A stretch of 64,000 nucleotides of DNA from Ruditapes philippinarum (Eukaryota): the NCBI RefSeq assembly GCF_026571515.1, contig NW_026862407.1, forward strand, positions 124,001 to 188,000, given 5' to 3'. The position numbers and the translations under genes are program-made. The notes beneath the pieces are model-generated. The model was not told where the DNA came from, made no database searches, and saw only the letters and a program-made list of their open reading frames with translations. Positions 51,993-64,000 of this stretch are shown here, piece by piece. Position 1 is the first letter of the stretch; each line of letters starts with the position of its first letter.

Positions 51993-53296
51993 CACTGCGG
52001 AAACTTCGATTGCCGTTTTTATGACCACATTATATAAGGATGTACAAAACCACGTGTTGATTAAGGGAGGTACTTAATAGGTTGCCTGCCATTCATTTCA
52101 TGCCATTTCATTCATATCATTTTACTGTCTAAGAGTTATACAAATGTAGTTTTTTTCAGCATTAAATATAATAAATTGCTTTTTTTCTCAGATTTTTTAT
52201 AACAGCATATTATTTCATTAGATTTTTGTTAATTTATGGCTTTTGCAATTATTTAATTACCGCCAAAACTAAAAAAACGAAGTTGTATAAAAAATCTTAT
52301 TATTTTCATATAAATAAAAAGTCTACATCAAATTTTTCAATAAGAAATGACGCATGTATTTTAATGATTACAAATAGTGTGCACACATATTTGCAGTCAT
52401 ATTTTTCATATTCTTCGATGTTTAAGCATAATTATTTACATATATAAGATTTCATTTAAATTTGGTAACAACCTCAATTACAACATGCAGGATCTTTAAA
52501 ACATAATATGACTTATGAAAATATAAATTATATCATATTATATCCAAATAAAGAATTGTAACGTATTCTTTATACAGCTAACCATGTTTCTTTGGTAAAT
52601 TTTCTTTCGAATTGTTCGAGTTCCTAAAATACCTAGAATACTTACTATAGGTTTATGTACAATTTCTTGCAAAATGTGTCTAAATTATTGTTTAAATTAT
52701 AATTGTCTGCCGTTTTATGAACAGTAGCATAGTTAACGATTTTGGACGTATCTCTTTTTAACAAAAAAGTGTAATTTATAATACTTTATCATACGTTCTG
52801 TACAATTTGGTACTGTCATGTTTGATGTCAAGTTCCATGATAACCGCCATATGAATACAGCTGCGGATGTTTCTAAATTCAAAATTTCACCATAACCATG
52901 ATTAAATGTTTAATTCTGCTTAAGCCGAGGCTAGAGGTCCTGGACGGTAGTTTTCAATTGACAGTACCGTCGATGAACAGGCTCAGTCAAACGGAGCCTG
53001 CAACATTTTCAATAATGCCGCTTTGTACTGTCTTTAGGGATTCTATTTCTCCGAGTTTTATCAAATTAAAAAGAAGTTAATTTGGATACATATACAATAA
53101 AAAAAGATTTTTAATTCATTTCATACATTTAAAGCATGTTACAAACAATTTTTGAAATTTAAGTATCTTACTCTTCTTTGTATCAACATTCAATACAAAC
53201 ATTTTCCTACAAGTTTGTTCACGGTTAAGTAATATGTAAGCATCATAACAGATTTTGACTGCCTGTCTATGTCGGTAAACATCTGAAAAGCTTTCT

Positions 53297-54512
53297 CTAC
53301 AACAAATATAATTTAAAATATCTGTCCCAAAACCAAACTATAACAATGAAAGTAATTGGAAGGCATGTGTATACGTTTGATGAACTTGACGACGTTAGAT
53401 AGCTGAGGTATTTGTCACAGCACACGAAAGCCGACCCATTAACCCATTCAATCCATAAAAGTTCCTCTCTCCTTGGGTGAAATGCCATTACATGTTTCAC
53501 GTCGTTTTTAAGAAGTTTGACTTTAGGACAAATTCGGCCATGCTCAGTAGAAAGGGATGAACATGCTAGTGACACATCCACTTGTAGAAATTTCTTCATC
53601 TGATTATCCATTATTGCGTTAGATTTGTTAGTGGCCCGTGATATCGTAAAAACGACGAGTTCATTGTTAACTGGTAAATTCAATATCAATGGCAGTTTCG
53701 CCGCAAGCGACATCAAATTTGAAAAAAATATTATCTATCCTGCATTGGGAAGTGGGTGTTAACATAAAGACAATATACATCTCCTGCAAAATCATATCAG
53801 TGATGTTCTCTTCGACAAATATGTTGACGTCACACAATGAGCACTTTCCAAAGCCGAGTATTTTTTTAATGTGGATATAATGGTTTTTTAGGTCATTTTG
53901 TGTAAATTCTGTTTCCTTTACATTCTGCATTGGTGTCAATTTAATCACCAGTTCATATATATCTCTATTAGCTGCAAGAAACGGTACGCATTTGCCTTTA
54001 AAGGGAATAAAACCCCGAACGCAGTGTAAAGCCCGACATTTATTCTGAAAAACATAATAATACAATTTTGTTTTAATTAAAAGTCGCCAAAATGACAATT
54101 GCAAATAATATTGCTTATTCTGATTCCTTGTAATGTCTCTTACAAACTTCAGATGATAAATTGCCAGCATTGTCTAATGTCGTATAAATAAATAATAATT
54201 GCGAATTATGAGGGTAAGATTATATGTTTATCGGTACCATTTGCTTTTTATGCAGAAGGTAAGCATTTCTGTTGTATATTCACGTTGGACCTTCTCCTTA
54301 TCTCTGCAGCATGTTCCATTCTCTAAACATATATCATCACATTCGCATGGTCGACAACAAAACTCCCGATCAGACCATTGCATCGTCATGTTTCCGGAAC
54401 ATCGTTGTTCAAATCCGCAAAATTTAACTTCTAGTTTTGTAGCATTTTGATGCGGCCATATTTTTAAAAGTATTAATACAATGATAGACCTGCTGCGCTT
54501 TATGAAATACAT
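53297..54512 (-). pseudogene. Tandem paralog of the SMB-domain gene, internally deleted and frameshifted
   Basis: 5' exon 1 homolog (54512-~54198) with ~14-nt frameshifting deletion after CCRDKEKV, joined at ~54198 to intron-2 sequence (loss of the ~2.0 kb equivalent to 49650-51660). Exon 3 homolog 54044-53297 has +1 in an A-run at ~53722-53728. Confidence 0.85.
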
Positions 54513-55354
54513 CACTGCGGAAACTTCGATTGCCGTTTTTACAAGATGACCCTCTCATTTTATAAGGATGTACAAAACCACGTGTTAATTTAGGGAGGTA
54601 CTTAATATGTTGTCTGCCATTAACATCATTGTGAATTTGACATCTGTATCATCATTTTACTATATAATTATGTAGTTTTTTTAATTATAAGAAATTGCTT
54701 TTTTCGCTCTCTCTCGCTCTCTCTCTGAATCCATTTAAAAACATTTTATTAGATGTTTGCTAATTTATGTGTTTTGCAATTATTCAATCACCGCCAACAC
54801 TGAAAAAAAACCAAAGAACTTTAAATAACCGTTATAAAATTTGAGTTCGTCATCTTGGTCCTCGGATAACTTTGTTTAATTAATATCACAACTGGATTAT
54901 TAAAAGGAAAATTTGCGTGCTACAGGAACTACAAGGTGCTTAATATGTATATTTAATTAAATTTAGTATGTTGTAACTTTATAAATAAAAAACACTGCCA
55001 CTTAAATTTACATGTTTTGCAAGGTAAAATAATTGACACAGGTGTAAATACTTTTTTTACTTCCACTTTCATAACTGAGTTAAGTGTAAAAATCTTTTTA
55101 GCAAATTGGTGATAAACATGAATCTTGGCTTGGTTAACCTTTCATTGTATCTTGTACTGTACAGTATGCATTCCAGTTGCACCCAAAATAAATAGAATAC
55201 ATTACAAGTACAATTTCTTGCTAAATTGGTCTAAATTATTGTCTATTAATTTATAATTACAGTCTCACAATTAAGGATGTTGGACGTTTCTCATTTTAAC
55301 ATAAGTGAAGGACAATTTGGTAGAGTCATATTTTAGATTACAAACGAAGCTTAA

Positions 55355-55699
55355 GGGGACTCCACTGAGGCTTTTTGACATGATGGGACTGAAACTATTT
55401 TTTCCAGATAAATGTACCATTTGATGTAGGTTGAGGCAACTAATCTTTGTGCAAAATTTCAGATCATTAGCGCACTTCGTTTCTCAGAATAATAATTCAA
55501 ATTGTAAAAAAAATGACCCAAAATGAAAAGCGTTTATTATAATCGGGCCAAGAAAAGTATAAAAATACAATTTTTAATTTATTTCAAAGTATATTTCTTA
55601 TCTATCTTTGCATATATTTCTGTTTAAAGAGCTCCAACTCATTTATGTAAGACATTCAAATGTTATGTTTTTCGGCTTTTAAACCTCAGTGGAGTCCCT
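55355..55699. mobile_element. Kolobok-like MITE
   Basis: TTAA TSD on both sides; TIR gggactccactgagg / cctcagtggagtccc; purine-purine termini. Confidence 0.8.
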
Positions 55700-57642
55700 T
55701 TAATTCAACTTTTAGTATAGTTATTTTCTTCGGCTCCTTTATTATTTTGATGTTTTGGACAGATGATTATTAATTACATACTGTGCAATTCCATAACTGC
55801 ACCATTCTCTATGAAAGCTGTTGGATGAGATTGTGCACCAACAATTTACATCTCAATATATAAATTACTTATTATATCATACTTTGTACCGTATAACTGA
55901 TGAAAAACTGCGAAACCAAGTTGTTGTATTCTAGAAAATAGTACGTCAGCCTTTTTAAAACGTATAAAAAACTCCTCATATAATATAATAAGCCAAAGTC
56001 AATTTCTTTATTATAATATGTAAACGATAATTTTGCTAAGGTAGGTGAAATGCAAAATACATTTAACATTTGATTTGTTCCGTAAAACGCATTTTAAACC
56101 AGTCATTATGACAATGAGTCAACTGAATAACAAATCTGACGCAATGTAAACTGTAAATAATTATGATAATTACCTTCGGCTTTCAGGATAATACTACGAT
56201 GTCATCTTTGCTCTGCCTTACAATAACTCTTGCAGGCACAGTTATCGCTAAACTGTAGATTTCTACCGCATTTTGTAAATGAAAACAAGTTATTCCATTT
56301 TCATTTTTCTTTCTTTCTTAATTTGAATTTGTATTGATATCATGACATGTCGCTTCAATATCAGATTAACTTTTTTTTTTCTCTTATTTTTGCTTGACTT
56401 ACAAATCACTGTAATATGTAAAGAATTGGATGTTTTGTTTTTAGTGAATGCGAGGGGCTTTTGAAAAAGAAGCCTCAAAATTAATAAAGCACAGCTGACT
56501 TTATCACAGTTGAAATTGTAATTTCAAGCAAAAGCTATTGCAATTGCTTTTAAGCAATGTCAATATTTCGCTTTATAGGAGACTGAGTAACATATTCGTT
56601 CCTTTCTATTTGTTCTGAGATCGTTTGCAACAAAATGGAACAGTTACATATCTTAAAGCCATACATCTTAGTCTTCAATAACCAGAATGGTTGCGGTTTT
56701 TCCGCTCTGACATTCTGCAAACCAATTTGCAAACACTTCTGTCACATGAACTACCGAGTGACATATAATTACTTTATTCTGTAGTATTGAATTGCTAATC
56801 ATGGCCGTTTTTATGGTCTGCTAAAAAAATCTTATTTATTCTTGTATTTATATATTAGATATTTAAAAAGAAAAGATACCAGCTTCTGGACCTTTACCTC
56901 GTATATATGATTAGAAGATTCACACAAGATTTTATTGAAATTATAGATTAATCAAACCATTTTAAACATTAATACAAGTTTCATTATAATCTAATTATAT
57001 AATTATATTTCATCAAAGATTATGCATGCGATGTACCACTTTTCGGCACGTCAATAAATATTTCACCTATTATGTGTATTTGCCAGTTATATTTAAAGTT
57101 TTGTTGCAATTTTCACACATACATGTATTGCGGTTAAACATTAACGAGTTTAACCAAAATTAACCAATTTTTTCTTATCGCCAGGCTGTGGTTTTGATTT
57201 ATAGATGTGATTTACAACCTTTCGAATGATATGGAATATCCCATTTTATACTTCGCACATGAGTGTTGACGAAGATTGAAATTTACTTGGAGATGTGATC
57301 ATTGTAGATGATCCTCCCTAGTAATCAAAACAGAAGCTACTGATTCTTAGCATAGGAATATGTTTAGACTTATGTACATGAATATAACATGAACAACGGG
57401 AAACACATCTCCACTGCAAGGGCGTATAATTACAGACATGCGTTTTAAATCAGCCTAGATGTCACGCAAACATTTCTGAATTAGCAATTATCTGAAAGGG
57501 TGCAAACGCTTTGCAGAAACTACATAATGTTTGGATTTTATTGAAAATTTTCTGATGCTGTTGTTTGACTAAAATTTAGTGTTTAATGATTATATGGTTA
57601 TGGTTTGTATGGTTCGGGATGCTAGCGAATTTTAGATTTTAA

Positions 57643-58121
57643 AGGGATACTCAGGCAAACTAATGACACAAATATTAAACTGATGTTATGTACTCAAATC
57701 ACACTAGAATGACATTTCTTCTTATATTTTGGGTTTAACGCGTAAATATATCTATTTATGTTGAACAAAATTTAGACGCCAATAGAATCACCGAATATTT
57801 TTTAAAACAAGTCATGTGACTTGAACAAACCCTTGAAGTTACACTAACAGGTATTGTGGATATTGTATGATTGAAACAAGTCTAAGACATTCATTTGACA
57901 TGTTTTTAACGTTTCCAGAGTTCACTTTGACGACTATTATGAAATCCTAGCTGACTCTAACCTGACCCACGCGGGTCAAGATAGAAAACCACCATTTTAT
58001 TCTTTATATGGAGAAAAAATTGGTTCCTTTGACTGTCTAATGTATTCATTTTGAGGGCATTAACAGAATAATGAATAAAAAATTCAAAACAAAGAAATGA
58101 AAATTTTGCCTGTGTCTCCCT
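57643..58121. mobile_element. Kolobok-like MITE
   Basis: TTAA TSD; TIR agggatactcaggcaaa / tttgcctgtgtctccct (15/17). Confidence 0.75.
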
Positions 58122-58284
58122 TTAAAGCTGAAAGATATTGATTATTGAAAGGGTAACCACAATAAAATATTTATGTCAAACAAAATTAATGTAATCACCT
58201 TTCAATTGTATGCACAATATGGTACAATGGCAAAGCTAAAGTTATTTTATATGACGTGTTCACACTCGAAGCAGACTTTTTAAC

Positions 58285-58682
58285 ATTGTCTTTTGACGTC
58301 TTATCTGTGGTATGCAGGCCCCATAACATCTGATCCTCTTTTAAAGCTAATTTTGTTCAGTTCTGCCCATTGTTTTCTCGTTTAGGGCACACGCTTTCTA
58401 TCACTTGGGAACCATACGCCACTTTTCATGATATGACACGAAAGTGTTACATTGAATGTTCCATGATAACCGCCATATGAACACATCTGCGGATGTTTCT
58501 AAATTCAAAATTTCACCATTTTCATTTTTAAATGTTATATTTGGCTTAAGCCGGTGCAAGGAGGAGTGGGCGGTAGTTTGCACTTGACAGTGCCGTCCAT
58601 GAATAGGCACAATTAACCAGAGCCTGAAACATTTTCAATTGTATTGGTTTAGGCTTTCTAACGGCATTCTTATATTCTCTAG
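58285..58682 (+). mobile_element. Element Z, long copy
   Basis: Colinear with 48120-48520. Confidence 0.7.
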
Positions 58683-58734
58683 TTCATAAATTTAACTGAT
58701 TTCCATTCTGGTTAAAGCAGATACTAGTAGTATG

Positions 58735-60318
58735 ACAAGATGGCCATGATGGCCCTGAGTCGTTCACCAAAAGCAACTGCTTTTCAGTGTTGGAAATTAT
58801 CCATTGTCAATATTTCCTAATATTAAATTTGAGCATAGAATATGTTTAAACAATAATTTGAAGAAATGCTATTACATTGGGCATTAAAGCTTCTGTTTTA
58901 ATCCATTAAAAATAAAAAATCGGACAATATCATGATAAGGAAACTTCTTTTACGATTTCATGATATACTTAAAACAAAATCTGTTAAATTATATTGGATT
59001 CCAAGTCATGTAGGTATACGAGGAAATGAAAAAGTAGATGCTTTAGCTAAACAATCATTAATTTTTATAAAAAATGACTTATTGTTACCTGCTTGTGATT
59101 TTAGACCGGCTTTAAATAAACTCGTATCATCTGAATGGAAAGCAAATTGGGACAATGCCGTTTTTAATAAACTTCACGATATAAACCCATCTCTTGATGT
59201 GTCACCATCTCTATCTCTGTCAAACCGCCATGATCAAACAGTTCTTCATCGATGCCGAATTGGACACACTAAAATTGCCCACTCTTATCTTTCCACGAAT
59301 GACAATGCCCCTTTCTGTGTAGCTTGTAATGAAAATTTTACCGTCAAGCATTTTCTTCTTGAATGTCATGATTTTTTCACAGGCCCGTAATAGATTTTAT
59401 TGTGTAAATTCACTCAAAGCACTCTTAAATACAATTCCATCAAAAAACATAATTGATTATTTGAAAGAGATAAACTTGTATTCTAGGATCTAATTGGCTC
59501 ATTTTAACAAGTTTAACATAACATTTTAAGCCTATTATAGCATTCGGCGCGATATGGCCAGTTATGTGTTGACGTGCCGTAAGAATCCAAACAAACAAAC
59601 CAAAGCTTTAGCTTACAAACTTGATAAAAGACTACCCAAGAATGATACAGACAAAGTGTGGATCTCATCCATCAATTAGTTCTGAAGAAATAGACTTTTA
59701 AAGGCATTTCTATTTTTAGCTCTAGAGACCCCTAAAAGGGGTACATTAAATTTATATGAGCAAACTTGATAAGAGACTATCTAAGGATGATACATTTAAA
59801 GTTTGGTGATCATTCATCAATTAGTTCTGTAGAAAAAGATGTTCAAAGGTTTTTCTATTTTTAGCTTTAGCGGTCCCTAAATGGGGCCAATCAAATTAAT
59901 ATGAGCAAACTTGATAAAAGACTTCCCAAGAATTCTACAGACAAAGTTTGGTGATCATCCATCAATTAGTTCTGTAGAAATAGACGTTTAAATGTTTTTT
60001 TCTATTTTTAGGTCTAGCGGCCCCTAAAAAGGGCCAATAAAATTAATATGAGCAAACTTGATAAAAGACTACCCAAGAATGCTACTGATCATCAATCAAT
60101 AAAATATGAAAAACAAGATCAACAAGGAAAGGCGGCGTTCAATGAACGCAACCCCCATATGACCCAGCAACAAGAACCAATGGCAAGGAGCCCAGGCGGA
60201 CCCCAAACATAAAAAGGACAGGGCAACGACAGGGCAACGACATAAGTTCTGTATAAGATGTTTAAAGGTTTTGATACTTATAGCTCACCCTGAACCTTCG
60301 GTTCTGGTGAGCTTATAA
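58735..60318 (-). mobile_element. HINE (pearl-type ends) with ~146-bp repeats, interrupted by a LINE and by repeat Y
   Basis: acaagatggccatgatggccct...ttcacc and agctcaccctgaaccttcggttctggtgagct ends; caaacttgataa-agact repeats at ~59616/59761/59907/60054. Confidence 0.8.
58893..59601 (+). mobile_element. 5'-truncated I-group (Nimb-like) LINE: RNase H + CCHC knuckle + 3' tail
   Basis: WIPSHVGIRGNEKVDALAK (RNase H), CVACNENFTVKHFLLEC; after a frameshift ...IIDYLKEINLYSRI* (59493); (AAAC)n tail; possible TSD aaagctt (58886-58892 / 59602-59608). Confidence 0.9.
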
Positions 60319-60882
60319 CTACAATTTTAAGGATTACTATTTATTGAATGTAAACGCACTTCGTTATCGATTTCGATTGCAAATGATCAATGGTTTAACG
60401 CCGAAACAAATTGCCATGAAAACGTTGGTTGTCTGGTCAAAATAGATTACCCATTAAAAAAGCTATAACTCAATTATTTTCTATTTCAAAATAACTACTT
60501 TAAGAAAGAAGGAAAATATTTACTATTAAGAAAAACCCCAATTTTTAGAACTCAAGCATATATTTATAATTTCTAACACTCAATAAAAATTTTAACAGCA
60601 TAGAAGATCAACATGGCTGTAATAATTTGACTCCGGTTCACGAAATGTGTCGGAAGTAAACTTCACCCCTGATTAAGGCTCTAGGACGTTTCGTGTGAAC
60701 CAATTTCCGTCCTAATGGATAAAAAAAAAGAAACCAGAATACATTTTTATCAAATAAATTTCCTTTGTACAGACGCAGTTTTAAGCACTGATCTAAATTC
60801 TTCTCACGGATTTGAATAGAATATATAGTAGCTTTAAATGGAATGGAAACGTTTGCTTACTCATACGCTTAAGCGGCTTTAT

Positions 60883-63800
60883 ATAATAATAATAATAATA
60901 TCTTTATTTAAAGAAGGTTACACATTAAGAACATACAATAACAATCATATATATCTTATTTCCAATGTGGCCTTCTGAAATAGAAAACAACAACAACAAA
61001 AACAACAACAACAGGATATGCATAGGTAGAAAATGAATGTATAATATGTAATTTTTAGAATAATACAACTCATATACTTTCGACAGACACTCAACAATTT
61101 GTTTAAACATATACGTATATTGCATCATTCGTTCGTTCGTTCATATATTTATTCATTCATTCATTCACTCATATGAACATCAAGATATGCTTTGTATTTT
61201 TCTTTAAAACATTTAAGGTTATTAACATTACGAATATTTAAAGGTATATTGTTCCAAATGTTCATGCCATAATAAGAAAATGTGTCTTTAATATAATTTG
61301 TTTTAGGTCTTGTCCATAATACAATATCTTTTCGTGACCTAGATCTTAAGTTATATATTTTGTTGTCGGACAAAGTCATCAGTTCTGTCATATAAGTCGG
61401 TGTCATGTTATTTAAAGTTTTAAAAACAAGCACCGCCGTGTGGTATTTACATCTGTCAAGGAACGGTAACCAATTAAGAGTTTCGAATAGATTTATTGAC
61501 GGAGATCTTTGAGGTTGCTGTAAAATGATTTTAGCAATTCGTTTTTGTAACTTACAAACATTATTTATGTAGTTTGTGTTTCCTTTACCCCATATAATAC
61601 AACAATAGTCCATAATGGGCAATATATATGCATTGTAAAACAATAATTTCATATCAAAGTGCAAAAAATACGATATTTTTTTCAATAAGGCAATTTTTCC
61701 GTTAAGTTTTTTACAAACATTGTCAATTTTCAAGTGCCATTTTAAAATGTTATCTATGCAAATACCCAAAAAAATAGATTAATAAAGAATCCCTAAAGAA
61801 AGCCCAACACGGCAAAATTGAAAATGTTGCAGGCTCGGTTTGATTGAGCCTGTTCATGGACGGTACTGGAAAGTGCAAGTTACCGTCCACGCCCCCTAGC
61901 ACCGGCTTAAGCAGAATTCAACATTTAAACATGAAATAGTAAAATTTTGAATTTAGAAACATCCGCAGATGTGTTCATACGGCGGTTATCATTGAACCTT
62001 CAATGTGACACTTAGACTTTTTGATCAGTTACATTTTCAAGAGCTATTTCAGTTATCTTAAGAATTAATTTTCTCATAATATTTACTTTTTGTCTTGTTC
62101 CTATTACCATACATTTTGATTTATCTGGATTTAAGGCCATATTATTTATTTTGCACCATTTGTCAATGTTATTTAAATGATCTTTAAGTTTTATTTCTAC
62201 TTTTGATATATTTTCTCCGGACTCATAAAAAGTAGAATCATCTGCGTATAAATCAATTTTTATATCATTACCTATGAAAGCTATGTCATTTATGTATATT
62301 AGAAATAATAAAGGTCCTAATATTGAGCCTTGTGGAACACCGGAAATTATTTTCATTGGCTGAGATTGAAGATTACATATCTTAACCAGTTGTATTCTGT
62401 TAGAAAGATATGACTTAAAAAACTTAACGGCATTTTCAGAAAAATGATAAAGTTTAAGTTTATGCAAAAGTATTTCATGGTCAACCAAATCAAAGGCTTT
62501 CTTTAAGTCTAAGAATACAGTATCTCGATAATTTTTCCACTGTCAACATCTTTTAACCAAGTATTCTATTAAACTAATGAGTGCAGTATTACATGAATTG
62601 ATTTTTACGAAATCCTGATTGTTTTTTTATGAATTATGTTCGTTTTTTTTTTCAAAGAATGAGTGTATTTGTTTGGCAATATGGCGCTCAAATATTTTTG
62701 GATATAGTTTGACCAAAATTGATATCGGTCGATAGTTATTTTGCTTCATTCTTATTCCCCCGATTTAAAAATAGGTATAACTCGAGCTCTTTTTAAATCA
62801 TCTGGGAAAATATTTAAATTCAATACTATTATTGATAATTGATGCAAAAATTATTGGGTGTAATATAATCTCCACAATATTTGATTGATGTTTGGTTTCC
62901 AATTTCCAATCTAAAACCTTGTAGATTTTTTAATATTCAGTTTTTTACAATAATAAGTTTTACTTTCAAACGGTGCAATTAATTCAATATTAAAAATTTC
63001 ATGATATATAAGCTTTGGTCTAAAGTTTTTCTTTTAATTTTTTGAAAAATTTGTATTTGAAAACTTTTTGTTTTATATATGACATTCGAGATATGACAAA
63101 AATACTTGTTTAATTCATTTATTAAATATTTTACAGTTCCGTAAATTTCTTTATTACCTGTCACTAGTCTGGCAAATTGTAAATACAACCTTTTTTTATT
63201 TTTAGATTTGAAACGTCCTTTAAATTTTTTCCATAAAAATGCCGGGTCTTTGTTATTTTTTAATAGCCATTGTTTAAGAAATTCTCTTTTACCCTTTTTT
63301 TAAAAATTGAATGTTATTTTATTTCTGAGCAATTTGATTGTTCATGTTTCCCTACTTTATGATAGTAATTCGCGTTTTATGTATAAGATAAATTTTATCT
63401 CATCAGTAAAAACCATTCCGGGGTGTTAACGTTTATACGTTTTTTTATTGGTGCATGCTTTTTCAAGAATAGATTTAAAATGGTAAAAATTTAAGCTAAA
63501 AGGGATTCATTCGGATTAATTATGTGCTCGACTAATTCAAGATTTGCGGATAAAGCAAAGGTCTCCTACCTGAAAATCAATTTCAAATTGAAGGGTTTTT
63601 AAAACATCTATATTTAATCGAATTATGTTCATTAATCAATCGGGTTATTGCTTTTCGATGATCTTTGAGAATCCTATCGGATAATGATCACTTAATGAGG
63701 CATCAGAAAAAAAAAACGATTCAATAAATATATTCTGCTACTGTTTGTATAAAACATGATCTATAATTTTTTGGGTACGTTTTGTTATCCTAGTAGGATC

Positions 63801-64000
63801 TTTGATAAGTTGTTTCAAACCATATTTCGGTTATCAAATCACCCCCATTTTGTATTGTTATTTTTTCTTTTTATTCATTGGATAAAAGTTTTTTTCTTTT
63901 TATTCATTTGGGGAGGCGGTGGTGAAATTATTAATTAAAAAGTTTTATATTTGAGGGGATTTTTGTTTTTTCTCCGGGGATTATATGTTCAGATTGATAG
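60883..64000 (-). mobile_element. CR1-group LINE (APE endonuclease end + RT), runs off the window
   Basis: IDHV, LSDHYPI, FPDDLKRARVIPIFK, NYRPISIL, DLKKAFD, GVPQGSILGPLLFLIYIND and YADD motifs; C-terminal ORF 61161-61769; 3' end aataaagat(ATT)n at ~60883-60910. Confidence 0.92.
61770..62011 (-). mobile_element. Element Z inserted into the CR1 RT C-terminus
   Basis: Splits ...ENVTDQKV / LGICIDNILKW; reverse complement aligns to 48280-48515. Confidence 0.85.

Noticed and set aside
48872-52077. Plus-strand ORFs 48872, 49079, 51474 and 51739
   Set aside because: Antisense shadows of the SMB gene exons.
55897-55917. CTGATGA...GAAAC hammerhead-like core
   Set aside because: No stem II pairing between the motifs and no flanking stems.

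Overview
AT-rich eukaryotic DNA whose repeats (helentron-associated HINE/pearl-type elements, tRNA-derived SINEs, CR1 and I-clade LINEs) point to a bivalve mollusc. One intact-looking protein-coding gene: a 3-exon minus-strand gene (51992/52028 to 48757, ~574 aa) for a signal-peptide + somatomedin-B (SMB) Cys-rich ectodomain that ends after a single hydrophobic, GPI-signal-like tail. An internally deleted, frameshifted tandem paralog lies at 53297-54512. The left ~37 kb is an old tandem segmental array (units at ~1, ~21150, ~34150) with no long ORF. It does hold degenerate signal-peptide exons, the best being a micro-exon prepro-peptide candidate at 24.0-25.4 kb (signal peptide, short propeptide, KR site). 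The rest is transposable elements, often nested: five long HINEs, three SINEs with TSDs, a mariner relic, Sola- and Kolobok-like MITEs, hairpin-ended elements, two LINE fragments, and about nine copies of a structured 3'-anchored retro-element. No rRNA, tRNA genes or CRISPR arrays are supported. All alignments were done by eye; family names come from recalled motifs, not database searches.
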